Source: Christensenellales bacterium
GTDB taxonomy: Bacteria > Bacillota > Clostridia > Christensenellales > SZUA-584
Direction: 5' to 3'
Assembly: GCA_050943215.1 (NCBI GenBank)
Contig: JBMNOU010000002.1
Coordinates: 4,212-68,211 of the forward strand
Length of the DNA stretch: 64,000 bases
Below the pieces are notes generated by a model. That model worked only from the letters and a program-made list of their open reading frames with translations, searched no databases and was not told the origin of the DNA. This document shows, piece after piece, positions 27,308 to 38,328 of the stretch (position 1 is the stretch's first letter; each line of letters starts with the position of its first letter). Position numbers and translations under genes: made by a program.

Positions 27308-29773
27308 ATGGTTGAGAAAAGCTACGGTGTAACTGGAATGACGTGCTCAGCTTGTGCCGCTCATGTTAAAAAGGCGGCCGAGAATCTTAAAGGAGTTGCA
27401 TTAGCCGATGTGAATATTGCAACGGAAAGAATGACGGTACGTTTTGATGAAAATATCACCACATTCAAAGACCTGAAAAAAGCAGTTGAAGGCGTAGGTT
27501 ACGGGCTTGCTGAGCCTGATGTTTTGCTTAAAAAACTTGATCTTGCCGTTGATGGCATGACATGTGCGGCCTGTTCGGCTGCGCTAGAGCGTGCGACCCA
27601 AAAGCTTAACGGCGTCAAATCTTCAGCCGTTAACTTGACGACAAACCGCATCAGTATCATATATGATTCGTCAAAAGTCAAACTTATTGAAATAAAAGCG
27701 GCAATAGAGAGAGCCGGCTATTCTCCAAAGGATATTGTCCGTGATTCTGGGCTGGATAAACAAAGTGAACAGCGTGCGCGGGAGCTGAGCAAAACGCGCA
27801 TACGCGTTATTGCAGCGGCCTTATTCTCGGTGCCGATACTGTATATCGCAATGGCGCATATGTTTGGTATTGGTTTGCCGATGCCATATTTTTTAGATCC
27901 GCATGAATCTCCTCTTACGTTTGCACTAGTACAGCTGGCGCTCACGGTTCCCGTATTGGTTGCGGGCAGCCGTTTTTTTAGAGTCGGTATAAAGGCTCTC
28001 ATCAAAGGGGCGCCCAATATGGATACGCTGGTCGCTATCGGTACGGGCAGCGCTTTTTTATACAGTACATACGCGGTGGCGCAGATCTATCTCGGAGACG
28101 CGGGGTATGTGCAGTCGCTATATTTTGAATCGGCCGCTGTGGTCATCACACTTGTGATGTTGGGCAAATACCTTGAAGCAGTCAGCAAGGGCAAGACGTC
28201 CGAAGCGATAAAGAGGCTGATGGGGCTCAAGCCAAAAACAGCGGTTATCATCAATAATGGTGTAGAGCTCGAAGTGCCGCTCGACGAGGTGGCCGTTGGT
28301 GATACCGTTCTCGTTCGGCCGGGGGCCAGCGTTCCTGTTGACGGCATCGTCGAAGTCGGGATCTCTTCTGTAAACGAATCGATGCTGACAGGAGAAAGCC
28401 TACCTGTTGAAAAACAGCCGGGCAGCGGCATCACGGGGGGCAGTATTAACGGGGAAGGACTGCTTACGATCAAAGTAACGCATGTGGGTGAAGACACCGC
28501 GCTTTCCAAGATTATCAGGCTTGTGGAAGAGGCGCAGACGAAAAAAGCGCCGATTGCGAAGATGGCCGATATCATATCCTGGTATTTTGTGCCGGCCGTG
28601 CTTGGCATCGCCTTTGTGGCGGCAATTGCCTGGGCGCTTGCAGGACGTGATTTTCGGTTTATACTAAACGTATTCGTAAGCGTGCTCGTTATCGCCTGCC
28701 CATGCGCACTCGGCCTTGCGACACCTACCGCGATCATGGTGGGTACCGGTAAGGGCGCGGAGATTGGTATACTCATCAAAGGTGGAGAGGCGTTGGAGAC
28801 AACGCATAAGACCAATGTAGTTGTGCTCGATAAAACGGGCACGATTACCGAGGGCAGACCAGTGCTAACCGATGTTAAGACATACGGACAAATAAACGAG
28901 GCAGAGGCACTTGCTTTATGCGCATCGGCAGAACGTGGGTCTGAGCATCCGATCGCCAGAGCGATTGTGACCAGCGCTCGGGATAAAGGAGCCATTCTGT
29001 CAAATCCGGAAGAATTCAAAGCTATCCCCGGCAGGGGCATAGATGCGCGTGTAAGCGGCCGGCGGATATTGGCGGGCAATATCGTGTTGATGCATGAAAA
29101 TGGTATTGATACAACGGATGCGGAAGCCGACGCAAAAGTCTTGGCGAAAGCGGGACGGACGCTGATGTATGTTGCGGTCGACGGTGTATTGGCCGCGCTG
29201 ATGGCTGCGGCTGATACCTTAAAACCTACAAGCAAAGATGCAGTCGCGCGAATGAAATCACTTGGCGTGGTAGTCTATATGATAACAGGAGATAATAAAA
29301 GCACAGCTGATGCAATCGCAAAAGAGGCTCTGATTGGCAACGTGCTGGCGGATGTGCTGCCAGCAGATAAAGCCGGCGAAGTAAGAAAACTGCAGCAGAG
29401 AGGCCATGTTGTGGCAATGGTGGGCGATGGCATCAACGATGCACCCGCGCTTGTTCAAGCCGATGTGGGCATGGCCATAGGGACAGGAACGGACGTAGCG
29501 GTGGAATCGGCGGATGTGGTGCTGATGCATGGGGATCTGGGCGAGGTGTATGCGGCAATCGCACTTAGCCGCGCTACTATGCGTAATATCCGCCAAAACC
29601 TGTTCTGGGCGTTTATTTACAACACGGCAGGCATACCGCTAGCGGCAGGCGTGTTTTATGCATTTGGCGGTCCGCTGTTAAATCCGGTATTTGCGGGCGC
29701 CGCGATGGCATTAAGCTCTTTATCTGTCGTGTCTAACGCGCTTCGTCTAAAGCGATTTAAATTAACGAAGTAG
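27308..29773 (+). CDS. copA: Copper-translocating P1B-type ATPase with two N-terminal HMA domains
   Basis: Motifs present are GMTCSACAAHV and GMTCAACSAAL, CPC (ACPCALGLATP), DKTGT, and GDGINDAPAL. Confidence 0.92.
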   Translation: MVEKSYGVTGMTCSACAAHVKKAAENLKGVALADVNIATERMTVRFDENITTFKDLKKAVEGVGYGLAEPDVLLKKLDLAVDGMTCAACSAALERATQKLNGVKSSAVNLTTNRISIIYDSSKVKLIEIKAAIERAGYSPKDIVRDSGLDKQSEQRARELSKTRIRVIAAALFSVPILYIAMAHMFGIGLPMPYFLDPHESPLTFALVQLALTVPVLVAGSRFFRVGIKALIKGAPNMDTLVAIGTGSAFLYSTYAVAQIYLGDAGYVQSLYFESAAVVITLVMLGKYLEAVSKGKTSEAIKRLMGLKPKTAVIINNGVELEVPLDEVAVGDTVLVRPGASVPVDGIVEVGISSVNESMLTGESLPVEKQPGSGITGGSINGEGLLTIKVTHVGEDTALSKIIRLVEEAQTKKAPIAKMADIISWYFVPAVLGIAFVAAIAWALAGRDFRFILNVFVSVLVIACPCALGLATPTAIMVGTGKGAEIGILIKGGEALETTHKTNVVVLDKTGTITEGRPVLTDVKTYGQINEAEALALCASAERGSEHPIARAIVTSARDKGAILSNPEEFKAIPGRGIDARVSGRRILAGNIVLMHENGIDTTDAEADAKVLAKAGRTLMYVAVDGVLAALMAAADTLKPTSKDAVARMKSLGVVVYMITGDNKSTADAIAKEALIGNVLADVLPADKAGEVRKLQQRGHVVAMVGDGINDAPALVQADVGMAIGTGTDVAVESADVVLMHGDLGEVYAAIALSRATMRNIRQNLFWAFIYNTAGIPLAAGVFYAFGGPLLNPVFAGAAMALSSLSVVSNALRLKRFKLTK

Positions 29774-30006
29774 CAATGATATTGGCTGGCCGATGCTTTT
29801 TACTTGACTTTTTTGTATTATGGATAGTTTATCATAGCGGCAATAAGCTACTTACAGATCTAACGAAGATGACAAAGGATCAGCATTTAAAGCTGTTTTA
29901 GACGGAGACCCCGCAGAGCTGCCGCGGCAAAAGCATATACGCTATAACAATGAATATTTTAGTATTTCTAATATAACACGATTGAAAGAAAATGGAGGTA
30001 TGAACG

Positions 30007-30423
<417 letters not shown>

Positions 30424-30432
30424 GAATCTTCC

Positions 30433-30458
30433 GGCTGCCCTTGGCAGCTTCTTTTTTT
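30433..30458 (+). terminator. Rho-independent terminator after yjbQ
   Basis: GCTGCC-CTT-GGCAGC is followed by TTCTTTTTTT. Confidence 0.65.
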
Positions 30459-30623
30459 AAAGCACAACATTTCATAAAATAAGAAATACAGATGGTTCAC
30501 AGAAACAAACACTTTATTTTTCTTTAATAATACGCTATAATCATGCGTATAAAAGAAGCATGGAAGCACGGGATTTCTCTTAGCAGTATTAATTCGTGCA
30601 AAAGCTTACAAGAGGAGTTGCAT

Positions 30624-31916
30624 ATGATTTGGAATGAGAGGGTCGAGTGCGCGCCTAGGGATACGATCGAAGCGCTACAGCTCGAACGTCTGAAAAGCAC
30701 GGTAGAACGGTGTTACAATAATGTCGAACATTATAGAAAAAAGCTGGATGATGCGGGTGTTTGTCCGAAGGATATCAATACGCTTAAAGATATTCGAAAG
30801 ATACCATTTACCGTCAAAGATGAACTGAGAAAAAATTATCCGTACAAACTATTTGCCGTACCAATGAAAGATATCGTCAGGATACACGCGTCTTCGGGCA
30901 CAACCGGCAAACCGACGGTTGTGGGCTATACAAAGGCCGATCTTGATATGTGGGCTGAGGTGATTGCGAGGCTAGCATGCGCAGCCGGTGCAACGCCGGA
31001 TGATATTGTTCAGATCACATTTGGATATACGCTTTTTACAGGTGCCTTCGGTTTGCATTATGGTTTAGAAAAATTGGGCGCCGCCGTTATTCCGATATCG
31101 GGCGGAAACACAGACCGTCAGCTTAGCGTGATGCAGGATTTCGGCACCACCGTGCTGGTCGGTACGCCCTCATATGCGCTATATATGGCCGAATGCGCTA
31201 AGAAAAAAGACATCGATACTAAGAAGCTGCCTCTTAGGCTGGGCCTGTTTGGCGGAGAAGGCCATACCGAAGAGATGCGCCGCCAGATTGAAAAGGTATG
31301 GAATATCGTTGCGACGGAAAACTATGGTTTGTCTGAGGTGATCGGACCGGGTGTTTCTGGTGAATGTTACATAAAAAACGGCATGCATATTGCGGAGGAT
31401 CATTTTCTCTGCGAAGTGGTTGATAAAGATACATTAGAACCTGTGCCAGTGGGGCAGCCAGGTGAGCTTGTCATCACATCGCTGTCAAAAGAAGCGCTGC
31501 CGATATTGCGTTATCGCACAAAAGACATTACGTGGCTGATACCCGAAAAATGCGAATGCGGCAGGACATCGATGCGCATGGCCAAGATTCAGGGTCGTAC
31601 GGACGATATGCTCATTATCCGAGGGGTCAACGTATTCCCGTCGCAGATAGAAAGCGTGCTGCTCGATATTGAGGACATTGGCCCGCATTACGAGATCGTT
31701 GTACGCAAAGACGGATACATGGATAAGATTGAGGTGCTAGTTGAGGTGACAGATGCAAATCTGCTTGAAAAATTCAGCGCTCTTGAGGCGCTTGAGCGAA
31801 AGATCAAGCACGCGCTGTACACAGTATTGAATATCGAAGCGGACGTGCGATTGGTTGAGCCAGAGTCTTTAAAACGCTTTGAGGGCAAGGCAAAGAGAAT
31901 AACTGATTTACGATAA
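30624..31916 (+). CDS. Phenylacetate-CoA ligase family protein (PaaK-like), copy 1
   Basis: The AMP-binding motif [16 protein letters not shown] is present, and the C-terminal domain matches the PaaK pattern. AGAGGAG lies upstream of the ATG at 30624. The ORF-track start at 30543 is an upstream extension. Confidence 0.85.
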   Translation: MIWNERVECAPRDTIEALQLERLKSTVERCYNNVEHYRKKLDDAGVCPKDINTLKDIRKIPFTVKDELRKNYPYKLFAVPMKDIVRIHASSGTTGKPTVVGYTKADLDMWAEVIARLACAAGATPDDIVQITFGYTLFTGAFGLHYGLEKLGAAVIPISGGNTDRQLSVMQDFGTTVLVGTPSYALYMAECAKKKDIDTKKLPLRLGLFGGEGHTEEMRRQIEKVWNIVATENYGLSEVIGPGVSGECYIKNGMHIAEDHFLCEVVDKDTLEPVPVGQPGELVITSLSKEALPILRYRTKDITWLIPEKCECGRTSMRMAKIQGRTDDMLIIRGVNVFPSQIESVLLDIEDIGPHYEIVVRKDGYMDKIEVLVEVTDANLLEKFSALEALERKIKHALYTVLNIEADVRLVEPESLKRFEGKAKRITDLR

Positions 31917-31935
31917 AAAAGCTTTAGGAGACGAC

Positions 31936-33663
31936 ATGAAGAAACTTATGCTTGGAAACGAGGCTTTCGCAAGAGGTGCGTATGAGGCAGGCGTGTCAGT
32001 TGCGGCTGCATATCCGGGTACGCCGAGTACCGAGATTACCGAAAATATTGCAAATTATGAAGACATATACGCGGAATGGTCGCCCAACGAGAAAGTAGCG
32101 CTTGAGGTCGCGATCGGAGCGTCTATCGCCGGCGCGCGTGCGCTGTGCTGCATGAAACATGTAGGACTTAACGTCGCGGCTGATCCGCTGTTTACCGTAT
32201 CATATACGGGCGTGAACGGAGGGCTTGTTATTATCGTCGCGGATGATCCCGGGATGCATTCAAGCCAAAATGAGCAGGATTCACGGTTTTACGCTAGAAG
32301 CGCGCATATCCCGATGCTCGAGCCGTCGGACAGCATGGAAGCCAAAGAATATGTGCGTGCGGCTTTTGAGCTATCCGAAAAATTTGATACGCCTGTGCTT
32401 ATCGGGTCGAATACGAGGCTATCACATTCACAGGGTATAGTAGAGCTTTCGGATAGACAGAATATAGATCTTAAGCCTTATGAGAAAGACATCGCCAAAT
32501 ATGTAATGATGCCGGGTATGGCCAAAAAGCGGCATATTATTGTCGAAAAACGCATGAACGATTTTAAAGCTTATGCAGATATCACGGATTTAAACCATGT
32601 GGAATATCATGACCGGAAAATTGGCGTTATTACCAGCGGTGTGGCGTATAACTATGTCAGAGAGGCGCTGCCCGATGCGAGTGTGCTCAAGCTCGGCATT
32701 ATCTATCCTTTGCCTGAGCAAAAGATCCGTGCGTTTGCTGCCCAAGTTGACAAGCTTTATGTTGTGGAAGAACTTGAGCCATTCTTTGAAAACCAGATCA
32801 AGGCAATGGGGATTGCTGTGACAGGCAAAGACATTTTTTCTGTGCAGGGCGAGTATAGCGTTAATATGATAGCCGACAAAATCGGCGGAAAAAAACTAGA
32901 GATTTTGGATCTGGGAGCACTGCCGCAAAGGCCGCCAGTGATGTGCCCGGGATGCCCGCACAGAAGTGTTTATTATACGCTGAAGAAGCTTGGGTTATCG
33001 GCAACCGGTGACATCGGATGCTACACGCTGGGTGCGATGCCGCCGCTGCTCGGTATCGATACGTGTATCTGCATGGGCTCGAGCATCGGCTGCGCAATGG
33101 GTATGGAAAAGGCCAGGGGGAAAGATTTTGCTAGAAAACTCGTTGCCGTTATTGGCGATTCGACATTCTTTCATTCAGGCATCACCGGACTTATAGATAT
33201 GGTATATAATGGTTCAACGTCTACGGTGATGATCCTTGACAATTCTACCACCGGTATGACCGGCCATCAGGACCATCCGGCGACGGGCAAAACCATTAAA
33301 GGCGATATAGCATATGCTATCGATATACCCGCACTTGTCAAAAGCATTGGCGTAAAGCATGTGCGTGTTGTCGACCCGTTTGATTTAAAAGCGCTCGAGC
33401 AGGCATTGAAAGAAGAAACAGCGCGAGAAGAGCTAAGCGTTATCATTGCCAAACGCCCATGCGCACTGCTTAATAAAAAGAAAACACCGGTGCCCTATCA
33501 TGTTAATGAAAAATGCAAAGCGTGCGGTATGTGCTTGAAGCTGGGCTGCCCGGCGATAGAAAAAACAGACGGTGGCATGATGATTAACATATCTTTGTGC
33601 AATGGCTGCGGGCTCTGTGAAAAAGTATGTGCATTGGGCGCGATAGAAATAGTGGGGAAATGA
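31936..33663 (+). CDS. iorA: Indolepyruvate:ferredoxin oxidoreductase subunit alpha
   Basis: TPP-binding GDSTFFHSG is present, with two C-terminal 4Fe-4S ferredoxin motifs (CKACGMCLKLGCP and CNGCGLCEKVC). Confidence 0.9.
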   Translation: MKKLMLGNEAFARGAYEAGVSVAAAYPGTPSTEITENIANYEDIYAEWSPNEKVALEVAIGASIAGARALCCMKHVGLNVAADPLFTVSYTGVNGGLVIIVADDPGMHSSQNEQDSRFYARSAHIPMLEPSDSMEAKEYVRAAFELSEKFDTPVLIGSNTRLSHSQGIVELSDRQNIDLKPYEKDIAKYVMMPGMAKKRHIIVEKRMNDFKAYADITDLNHVEYHDRKIGVITSGVAYNYVREALPDASVLKLGIIYPLPEQKIRAFAAQVDKLYVVEELEPFFENQIKAMGIAVTGKDIFSVQGEYSVNMIADKIGGKKLEILDLGALPQRPPVMCPGCPHRSVYYTLKKLGLSATGDIGCYTLGAMPPLLGIDTCICMGSSIGCAMGMEKARGKDFARKLVAVIGDSTFFHSGITGLIDMVYNGSTSTVMILDNSTTGMTGHQDHPATGKTIKGDIAYAIDIPALVKSIGVKHVRVVDPFDLKALEQALKEETAREELSVIIAKRPCALLNKKKTPVPYHVNEKCKACGMCLKLGCPAIEKTDGGMMINISLCNGCGLCEKVCALGAIEIVGK

Positions 33664-33664
33664 T

Positions 33665-34231
33665 ATGACAGATATTTTGATAGTTGGGGTCGGCGGACAG
33701 GGCACGCTGCTTGCGAGCCGGGTGCTTGGAAACCTTGCGTTGTCGCAAGGATATGACGTGAAATTGTCGGAAGTGCACGGTATGGCCCAGAGGGGCGGAA
33801 GTGTCGTTACACATGTGCGTTTCGGAGAAAAGGTTTACGCACCCGTTATCGATGAAGGGGGCGCAGACATAATTCTGGCATTTGAGAAACTAGAGGCGCT
33901 AAGGTGGTGCAGCCGGTTAAAAAAAGGCGGCAAGATGTTCGTAAACACACAAGAAATGCTTCCTATGCCTGTAATTACCGGTGCCGAGAAGTATCCTTCA
34001 GATATAGAAAAAAGGATAATAGAAGCGGTGCCGGGCGCTGTGTTTGTGGACGCGCTTTCATTGGCCAAACAGGCGGGAAATGAAAAAGCTACTAACATAG
34101 TGCTGATTGGCGTGCTCGCGCGGCACATGGATATTGGCAAACAACCTTTCGTTGATGCAATCAAAGCAACTGTTCCAGAAAAGCTTTTAAGCATCAACTT
34201 GCTGGCATTTGATAAAGGGTATCTTTTTTAG
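33665..34231 (+). CDS. iorB: Indolepyruvate:ferredoxin oxidoreductase subunit beta
   Basis: [19 protein letters not shown] and GMAQRGGSV are present. It is translationally coupled to iorA. Confidence 0.9.
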   Translation: MTDILIVGVGGQGTLLASRVLGNLALSQGYDVKLSEVHGMAQRGGSVVTHVRFGEKVYAPVIDEGGADIILAFEKLEALRWCSRLKKGGKMFVNTQEMLPMPVITGAEKYPSDIEKRIIEAVPGAVFVDALSLAKQAGNEKATNIVLIGVLARHMDIGKQPFVDAIKATVPEKLLSINLLAFDKGYLF

Positions 34232-34257
34232 ATATTTTTTGGAGGCATAATATTAAT

Positions 34258-35562
34258 ATGTATTGGAATCAACGAATAGAATGCATGGATAGAGAGCAGC
34301 TGCGCGCGCTTCAGACAGAAAAGCTGAAAGCGACAGTAAAAAAAGTTTATGAGAATGTGCCATTTTATAAAAAGGCATTTGATAAAAAAGGGATATCACC
34401 ACAAGATATCCGGACACTAGATGATTTAAGGCATTTGCCATTTACGCTAAAGAGTGATCTTAGGGACAACTATCCGTTTGGGTTGTTCGCGGCGAAACAG
34501 GAGGATATATGCCGGGTTCACGCATCCTCAGGTACGACGGGCAAGCCTACCGTTGTAGGGTATACAAAACATGATATAGATTGTTGGGCAGAGGCAGTAG
34601 CACGCGTTCTGACAATGGCCGGCGGAGATAAAAAATCTATTGTGCAGGTGGCGTATGGATACGGCTTGTTCACGGGCGGTCTCGGTCTTCATTACGGTAC
34701 GGAATTGATAGGCGCTATGGTGGTACCGATGTCGGGTGGCAATACAAAGAAACAGATTATGCTGATGCAAGACTTGGGTTCAACGATACTGGCATGTACA
34801 CCGTCGTATGCTCTGTACCTGGCCGAGACGATGGAAGAAATGGGTATTGATAAAAGTGCATTGAAACTAAAAGCAGGCGTATTTGGCGCGGAACCTTGCA
34901 CGGAGGCGATGAGAAATGAGATCGAACAACGCCTTGGCATTATGGCAATAGATATTTACGGCCTTTCGGAGATCATGGGCCCGGGCGTTTCGGGCGACTG
35001 TCCGCAAAGGCAGGGTATGCATATTGCGGAAGATTTGTTCCTGCCCGAAATTATTGACCCGGATACACTCGAACCGTTGCCGTATGGCGAAGAAGGGGAG
35101 CTTGTTATCACGACGATTGATAAACAAGGGTCACCGCTAATCCGATATAGAACAAGAGACATCACGTCGCTACATCCTGGGCCATGCGAATGCGGCCGGA
35201 CAATGGTACGTATGAGCAAAATTATCGGCCGGAGCGACGATATGCTGATCGTACGTGGTGTCAATGTTTACCCGTCACAGATAGAAAGCGTTCTTGTTCA
35301 AATTGCCGAGGTTTCACCACATTATCAGATCGTGGTCGATCGTATAGACAATTATGACAGGCTAAAGGTGCAGGTGGAAGTATCAGCTGAGCTTTTCTCT
35401 GACGAAGTAAAGCGTTTAGAGGCGCTTAGCGCGAAGATAAAAGCCGAAATCCAGACGGTTCTTGGTATCAATGTCAAAGTTACGCTAGTGGAGCCAAAAA
35501 CGATAGAAAGAAGCATGGGAAAGGCTAAGCGGGTTATCGATAACAGAAAACGGCCAAATTAA
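34258..35562 (+). CDS. Phenylacetate-CoA ligase family protein (PaaK-like), copy 2
   Basis: It shares the [16 protein letters not shown] motif with copy 1. By eye the two copies are roughly half identical. Confidence 0.85.
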   Translation: MYWNQRIECMDREQLRALQTEKLKATVKKVYENVPFYKKAFDKKGISPQDIRTLDDLRHLPFTLKSDLRDNYPFGLFAAKQEDICRVHASSGTTGKPTVVGYTKHDIDCWAEAVARVLTMAGGDKKSIVQVAYGYGLFTGGLGLHYGTELIGAMVVPMSGGNTKKQIMLMQDLGSTILACTPSYALYLAETMEEMGIDKSALKLKAGVFGAEPCTEAMRNEIEQRLGIMAIDIYGLSEIMGPGVSGDCPQRQGMHIAEDLFLPEIIDPDTLEPLPYGEEGELVITTIDKQGSPLIRYRTRDITSLHPGPCECGRTMVRMSKIIGRSDDMLIVRGVNVYPSQIESVLVQIAEVSPHYQIVVDRIDNYDRLKVQVEVSAELFSDEVKRLEALSAKIKAEIQTVLGINVKVTLVEPKTIERSMGKAKRVIDNRKRPN

Positions 35563-35574
35563 GGAGGAGTGTTT

Positions 35575-36003
35575 ATGGTTAAACAGATATCTGTCTTTGT
35601 AGAGAACAAGAAGGGCAGGCTTGCCAAAATCACAGATGTTCTGGGGCAGGGGGGCATTGATCTGATTGCACTGTCTATTGCAGATACGACAAACTTTGGT
35701 ATCATGCGGTGTATCGTCAATGATCCGGACAAGGCCATTCTTTTGCTAAAGCAGAACGGATTTACGGCGAGCACGACAGAAGTAATTGTTGCTGAAGTGA
35801 TAGACAAACCGGGTGGCCTTGCAACCGTTCTTAGGGTGCTTGATAGCGCAGGAATCAGTGTCGAATATCTATACTCTTTTGTGCGTACACCGAATGAGAA
35901 CGCGCTGATCCTTTTCCGCGTGGAAGATATTGAAACGGCTGTCAAAGCGCTAAAAGCAAACGGTATTAGACTAATTGAAGAAAGTGACGTAATTCAGATA
36001 TAA
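35575..36003 (+). CDS. ACT-domain protein
   Basis: MVKQISVFVENKKGRLAKITDVL... and a second EVIDKPGGLATVLRVL repeat indicate tandem ACT folds. AGGAGG lies 7 nt upstream of the ATG at 35575. Confidence 0.75.
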   Translation: MVKQISVFVENKKGRLAKITDVLGQGGIDLIALSIADTTNFGIMRCIVNDPDKAILLLKQNGFTASTTEVIVAEVIDKPGGLATVLRVLDSAGISVEYLYSFVRTPNENALILFRVEDIETAVKALKANGIRLIEESDVIQI

Positions 36004-36054
36004 ACGAAGCGCTGTTTTTGCAGATAAGACTTGTACATTGAAAAGAAGGTACTC

Positions 36055-37188
36055 ATGCTAATACGACCGACGTACGCGCAGATAGACATCAATGCGATAA
36101 AACAAAATGTAACGAATATAAAAAAACATATACCTAAGGAAACCATGTTTTGTGCCGTAGTCAAGGCGGACGGATATGGACACGGCAGTGTGATGGTTTC
36201 AAAGGCTGCGATTAAAGCGGGTGCTGCATGGTTGGCCGTTGCGATTCCGGAAGAGGCAGCGGTACTTCGCGAGGCGGGCATTACCGCTCCGATATTAGTA
36301 CTTGGCCCGGCGAATCTCTGGCAGTGGAAAAAAGCTGCAAAGTTTGATCTTAGTATGGTTGTGGCATCGAAAAACTGCATTGATAATGCATCAGCCGTGG
36401 CTAAAGAGAGAGGGATCCCGATGAAGCTGCATCTAAAAGTCGATACGGGTATGAATCGTGTTGGTATCAAGTCTTTAGACGATATGGATCGGATACTCGA
36501 TGACATTGAATTGAACGGAAACCTCGTACTTGAGGGGCTGATGACGCATTTCGCAGCTGCTGATGAAGCAGATAAGAGTTATACTAATATGCAAAACGTA
36601 CGGTTTGCAGAATATATAAAGAAGATAAAAGATCGTGGGTTTTCACCGATAATACATGCATCCAACAGCGGTGCGGCCCTTGACTCCCCAAATCTTGCCT
36701 ATGATATGGTACGGGTGGGAATCTCGATGTATGGATGCTACCCTTCGGATCAAGTGGATAAAAGTATTACGCTCTTGCCCGCAATGTCGGTGCATACCCA
36801 GATATCGCATATCAAAATGGTGGATGCGGGAGAAAAGCTAAGCTATGGGTGTACCTATACTGCACATAAACAAATGCGCATTGCGACGTTACCTATCGGT
36901 TATGCGGACGGTTTTAATAGGCAGCTGTCAAACAGAGGCGTCGTGCTGATTGGAGGAAAACGTGCTAACATTGTGGGACGCGTGTGTATGGACCAGACGC
37001 TTGTGGATATAACGGACATAGACGGCGCCGGCCTTTATGATGATGTGGTGTGTATTGGCAAACAGGGCAGAGAGCAGATCACTGCGGAAGAGTACGCCGG
37101 ATATTGCGGGACAATCAACTATGAAGTATTGTGTGCGATATCGCCAAGAGTGCCAAGGCTTTATTGCGGGGTGCCCCAAAAACCATAG
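36055..37188 (+). CDS. alr: Alanine racemase
   Basis: The PLP lysine context AVVKADGYGHG is present, with the C-terminal GRVCMDQ motif. ATG at 36055 is preferred over the TTG at 36031. Confidence 0.92.
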   Translation: MLIRPTYAQIDINAIKQNVTNIKKHIPKETMFCAVVKADGYGHGSVMVSKAAIKAGAAWLAVAIPEEAAVLREAGITAPILVLGPANLWQWKKAAKFDLSMVVASKNCIDNASAVAKERGIPMKLHLKVDTGMNRVGIKSLDDMDRILDDIELNGNLVLEGLMTHFAAADEADKSYTNMQNVRFAEYIKKIKDRGFSPIIHASNSGAALDSPNLAYDMVRVGISMYGCYPSDQVDKSITLLPAMSVHTQISHIKMVDAGEKLSYGCTYTAHKQMRIATLPIGYADGFNRQLSNRGVVLIGGKRANIVGRVCMDQTLVDITDIDGAGLYDDVVCIGKQGREQITAEEYAGYCGTINYEVLCAISPRVPRLYCGVPQKP

Positions 37189-37225
37189 GCGATGTTGAGA
37201 CAGGGACAATTGAGAGGATATAGTC

Positions 37226-37780
37226 ATGCAAAAAGAAATGTTGCGTAAAAAGATGCAGAAAATACGGGCGATGATTGATCCAAAGGACAAAGAGACTTTC
37301 AGCGCCATTATTAGGGACAAGCTGTTTAAAATGGATTGTATTCAGCAAGCCGGTTGTATCATGGCGTATTACTCGTATAAAAGCGAGCCCGATATGCTCA
37401 CTTTCATGTATTCCTGCATCGATATGGGAAAATGCATTGCGCTACCTTATGTCGTCGGGGAAGGAGACCTAATCGCCGTTAATTATAATTACAATTCCGT
37501 AATGAAAAGCAACATTTATGGCATTCCGGAACCGGTAATCATGAACGAAAGTGAGCAGGAAGAACCGGATGTGGTGATTGTGCCTGGTATTGCGTTTGAC
37601 ATGAATCTAAACCGGATCGGATTCGGCGGGGGTTATTATGACCGGTATCTGCAAGAGATAGACGCCGTTAAGATCGGTGTTTGCTTCGACTGCCAGATTG
37701 TTGAGCATATTTGCGCAGAGCCGCATGACGTGACTATGGATATCGTCGTAACAGAAAAGCGCATCCTTAGAGCAAAATAA
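37226..37780 (+). CDS. 5-formyltetrahydrofolate cyclo-ligase
   Basis: The VIVPGIAFD...GFGGGYYDRYL motif is present. Confidence 0.85.
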   Translation: MQKEMLRKKMQKIRAMIDPKDKETFSAIIRDKLFKMDCIQQAGCIMAYYSYKSEPDMLTFMYSCIDMGKCIALPYVVGEGDLIAVNYNYNSVMKSNIYGIPEPVIMNESEQEEPDVVIVPGIAFDMNLNRIGFGGGYYDRYLQEIDAVKIGVCFDCQIVEHICAEPHDVTMDIVVTEKRILRAK

Positions 37781-38328
37781 TGCGGGTGATTGCCGGCGAA
37801 TATAAGGGCAGACGTCTTGCCAGCCCCAAAGATGCTGATATAAGGCCAACAACGGATAAAGTGAAAGAAGCGATGTTTGGTTCGCTGCACTTTGATATAC
37901 GAGGTGCGAATGTGCTGGATGCATTCGCGGGCAGCGGCGCCCTTGGTATAGAGGCGCTGTCACGCGGAGCAGCCCATGTAGATTTTGTAGAAAAAAATAC
38001 GCAATGTCTGCGGATACTTAATGGGAATTTAAGACAAATAGCAAAAGGGGCTAGTTATCAGGTATTTAAAGGTGATGTTCTTAAAATCATGCCCGGGCTA
38101 AAACGATACGATATCATGATTATTGATCCACCGTATGATTCCGACATTTACATAAAAGTGCTCGAACATGCGCACATATCAGATATTTTATATAGTGGTT
38201 GCACCATTGTCATGGAATGCCGCAGAAAGTTTGATTTTATTTTGCCAGTGCAGTATAATTTTCTTAAAAAAAGGGACTACGGTGACATCTCGCTTTGGTT
38301 CTTGACATATGGAGAAAGATGTGAATAA
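37780..38328 (+). CDS. rsmD: 16S rRNA (guanine966-N2)-methyltransferase
   Basis: MRVIAGEYKGRRL...RPTTDKVKEAMF...DAFAGSGALGIEALSRGA...DPPY matches RsmD. Confidence 0.9.
   Translation: MRVIAGEYKGRRLASPKDADIRPTTDKVKEAMFGSLHFDIRGANVLDAFAGSGALGIEALSRGAAHVDFVEKNTQCLRILNGNLRQIAKGASYQVFKGDVLKIMPGLKRYDIMIIDPPYDSDIYIKVLEHAHISDILYSGCTIVMECRRKFDFILPVQYNFLKKRDYGDISLWFLTYGERCE

Noticed and set aside
28087-29235. A 382-aa minus-strand ORF inside copA.
   Set aside because: It is antisense to an unambiguous P-type ATPase. The Ser/Ala/Thr/Pro-rich translation mirrors the GC-rich codons of copA. It is a shadow ORF.
29774-30006. A 233-bp gap between copA and yjbQ, examined for a riboswitch or small RNA.
   Set aside because: I could not recognise any known riboswitch core (TPP, FMN, SAM, purine, c-di-GMP and similar). 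I saw only short 4-bp hairpins and tiny ORFs of 10 codons or fewer. It remains unexplained, but there is no positive evidence for a feature.
30543-30623. ORF-track 5' extensions for PaaK copy 1 (30543). The same type of extension occurs for ftsY (52716), the RseC-like gene (47954), rimM (55907), trmD (56400), rpsP (55435), the KH protein (55687), the RpiR regulator (61299), alr (36031) and ygiQ (704).
   Set aside because: In each case a downstream ATG has a proper Shine-Dalgarno site and matches the conserved family N-terminus. The upstream extension overlaps the preceding gene or the SD itself.
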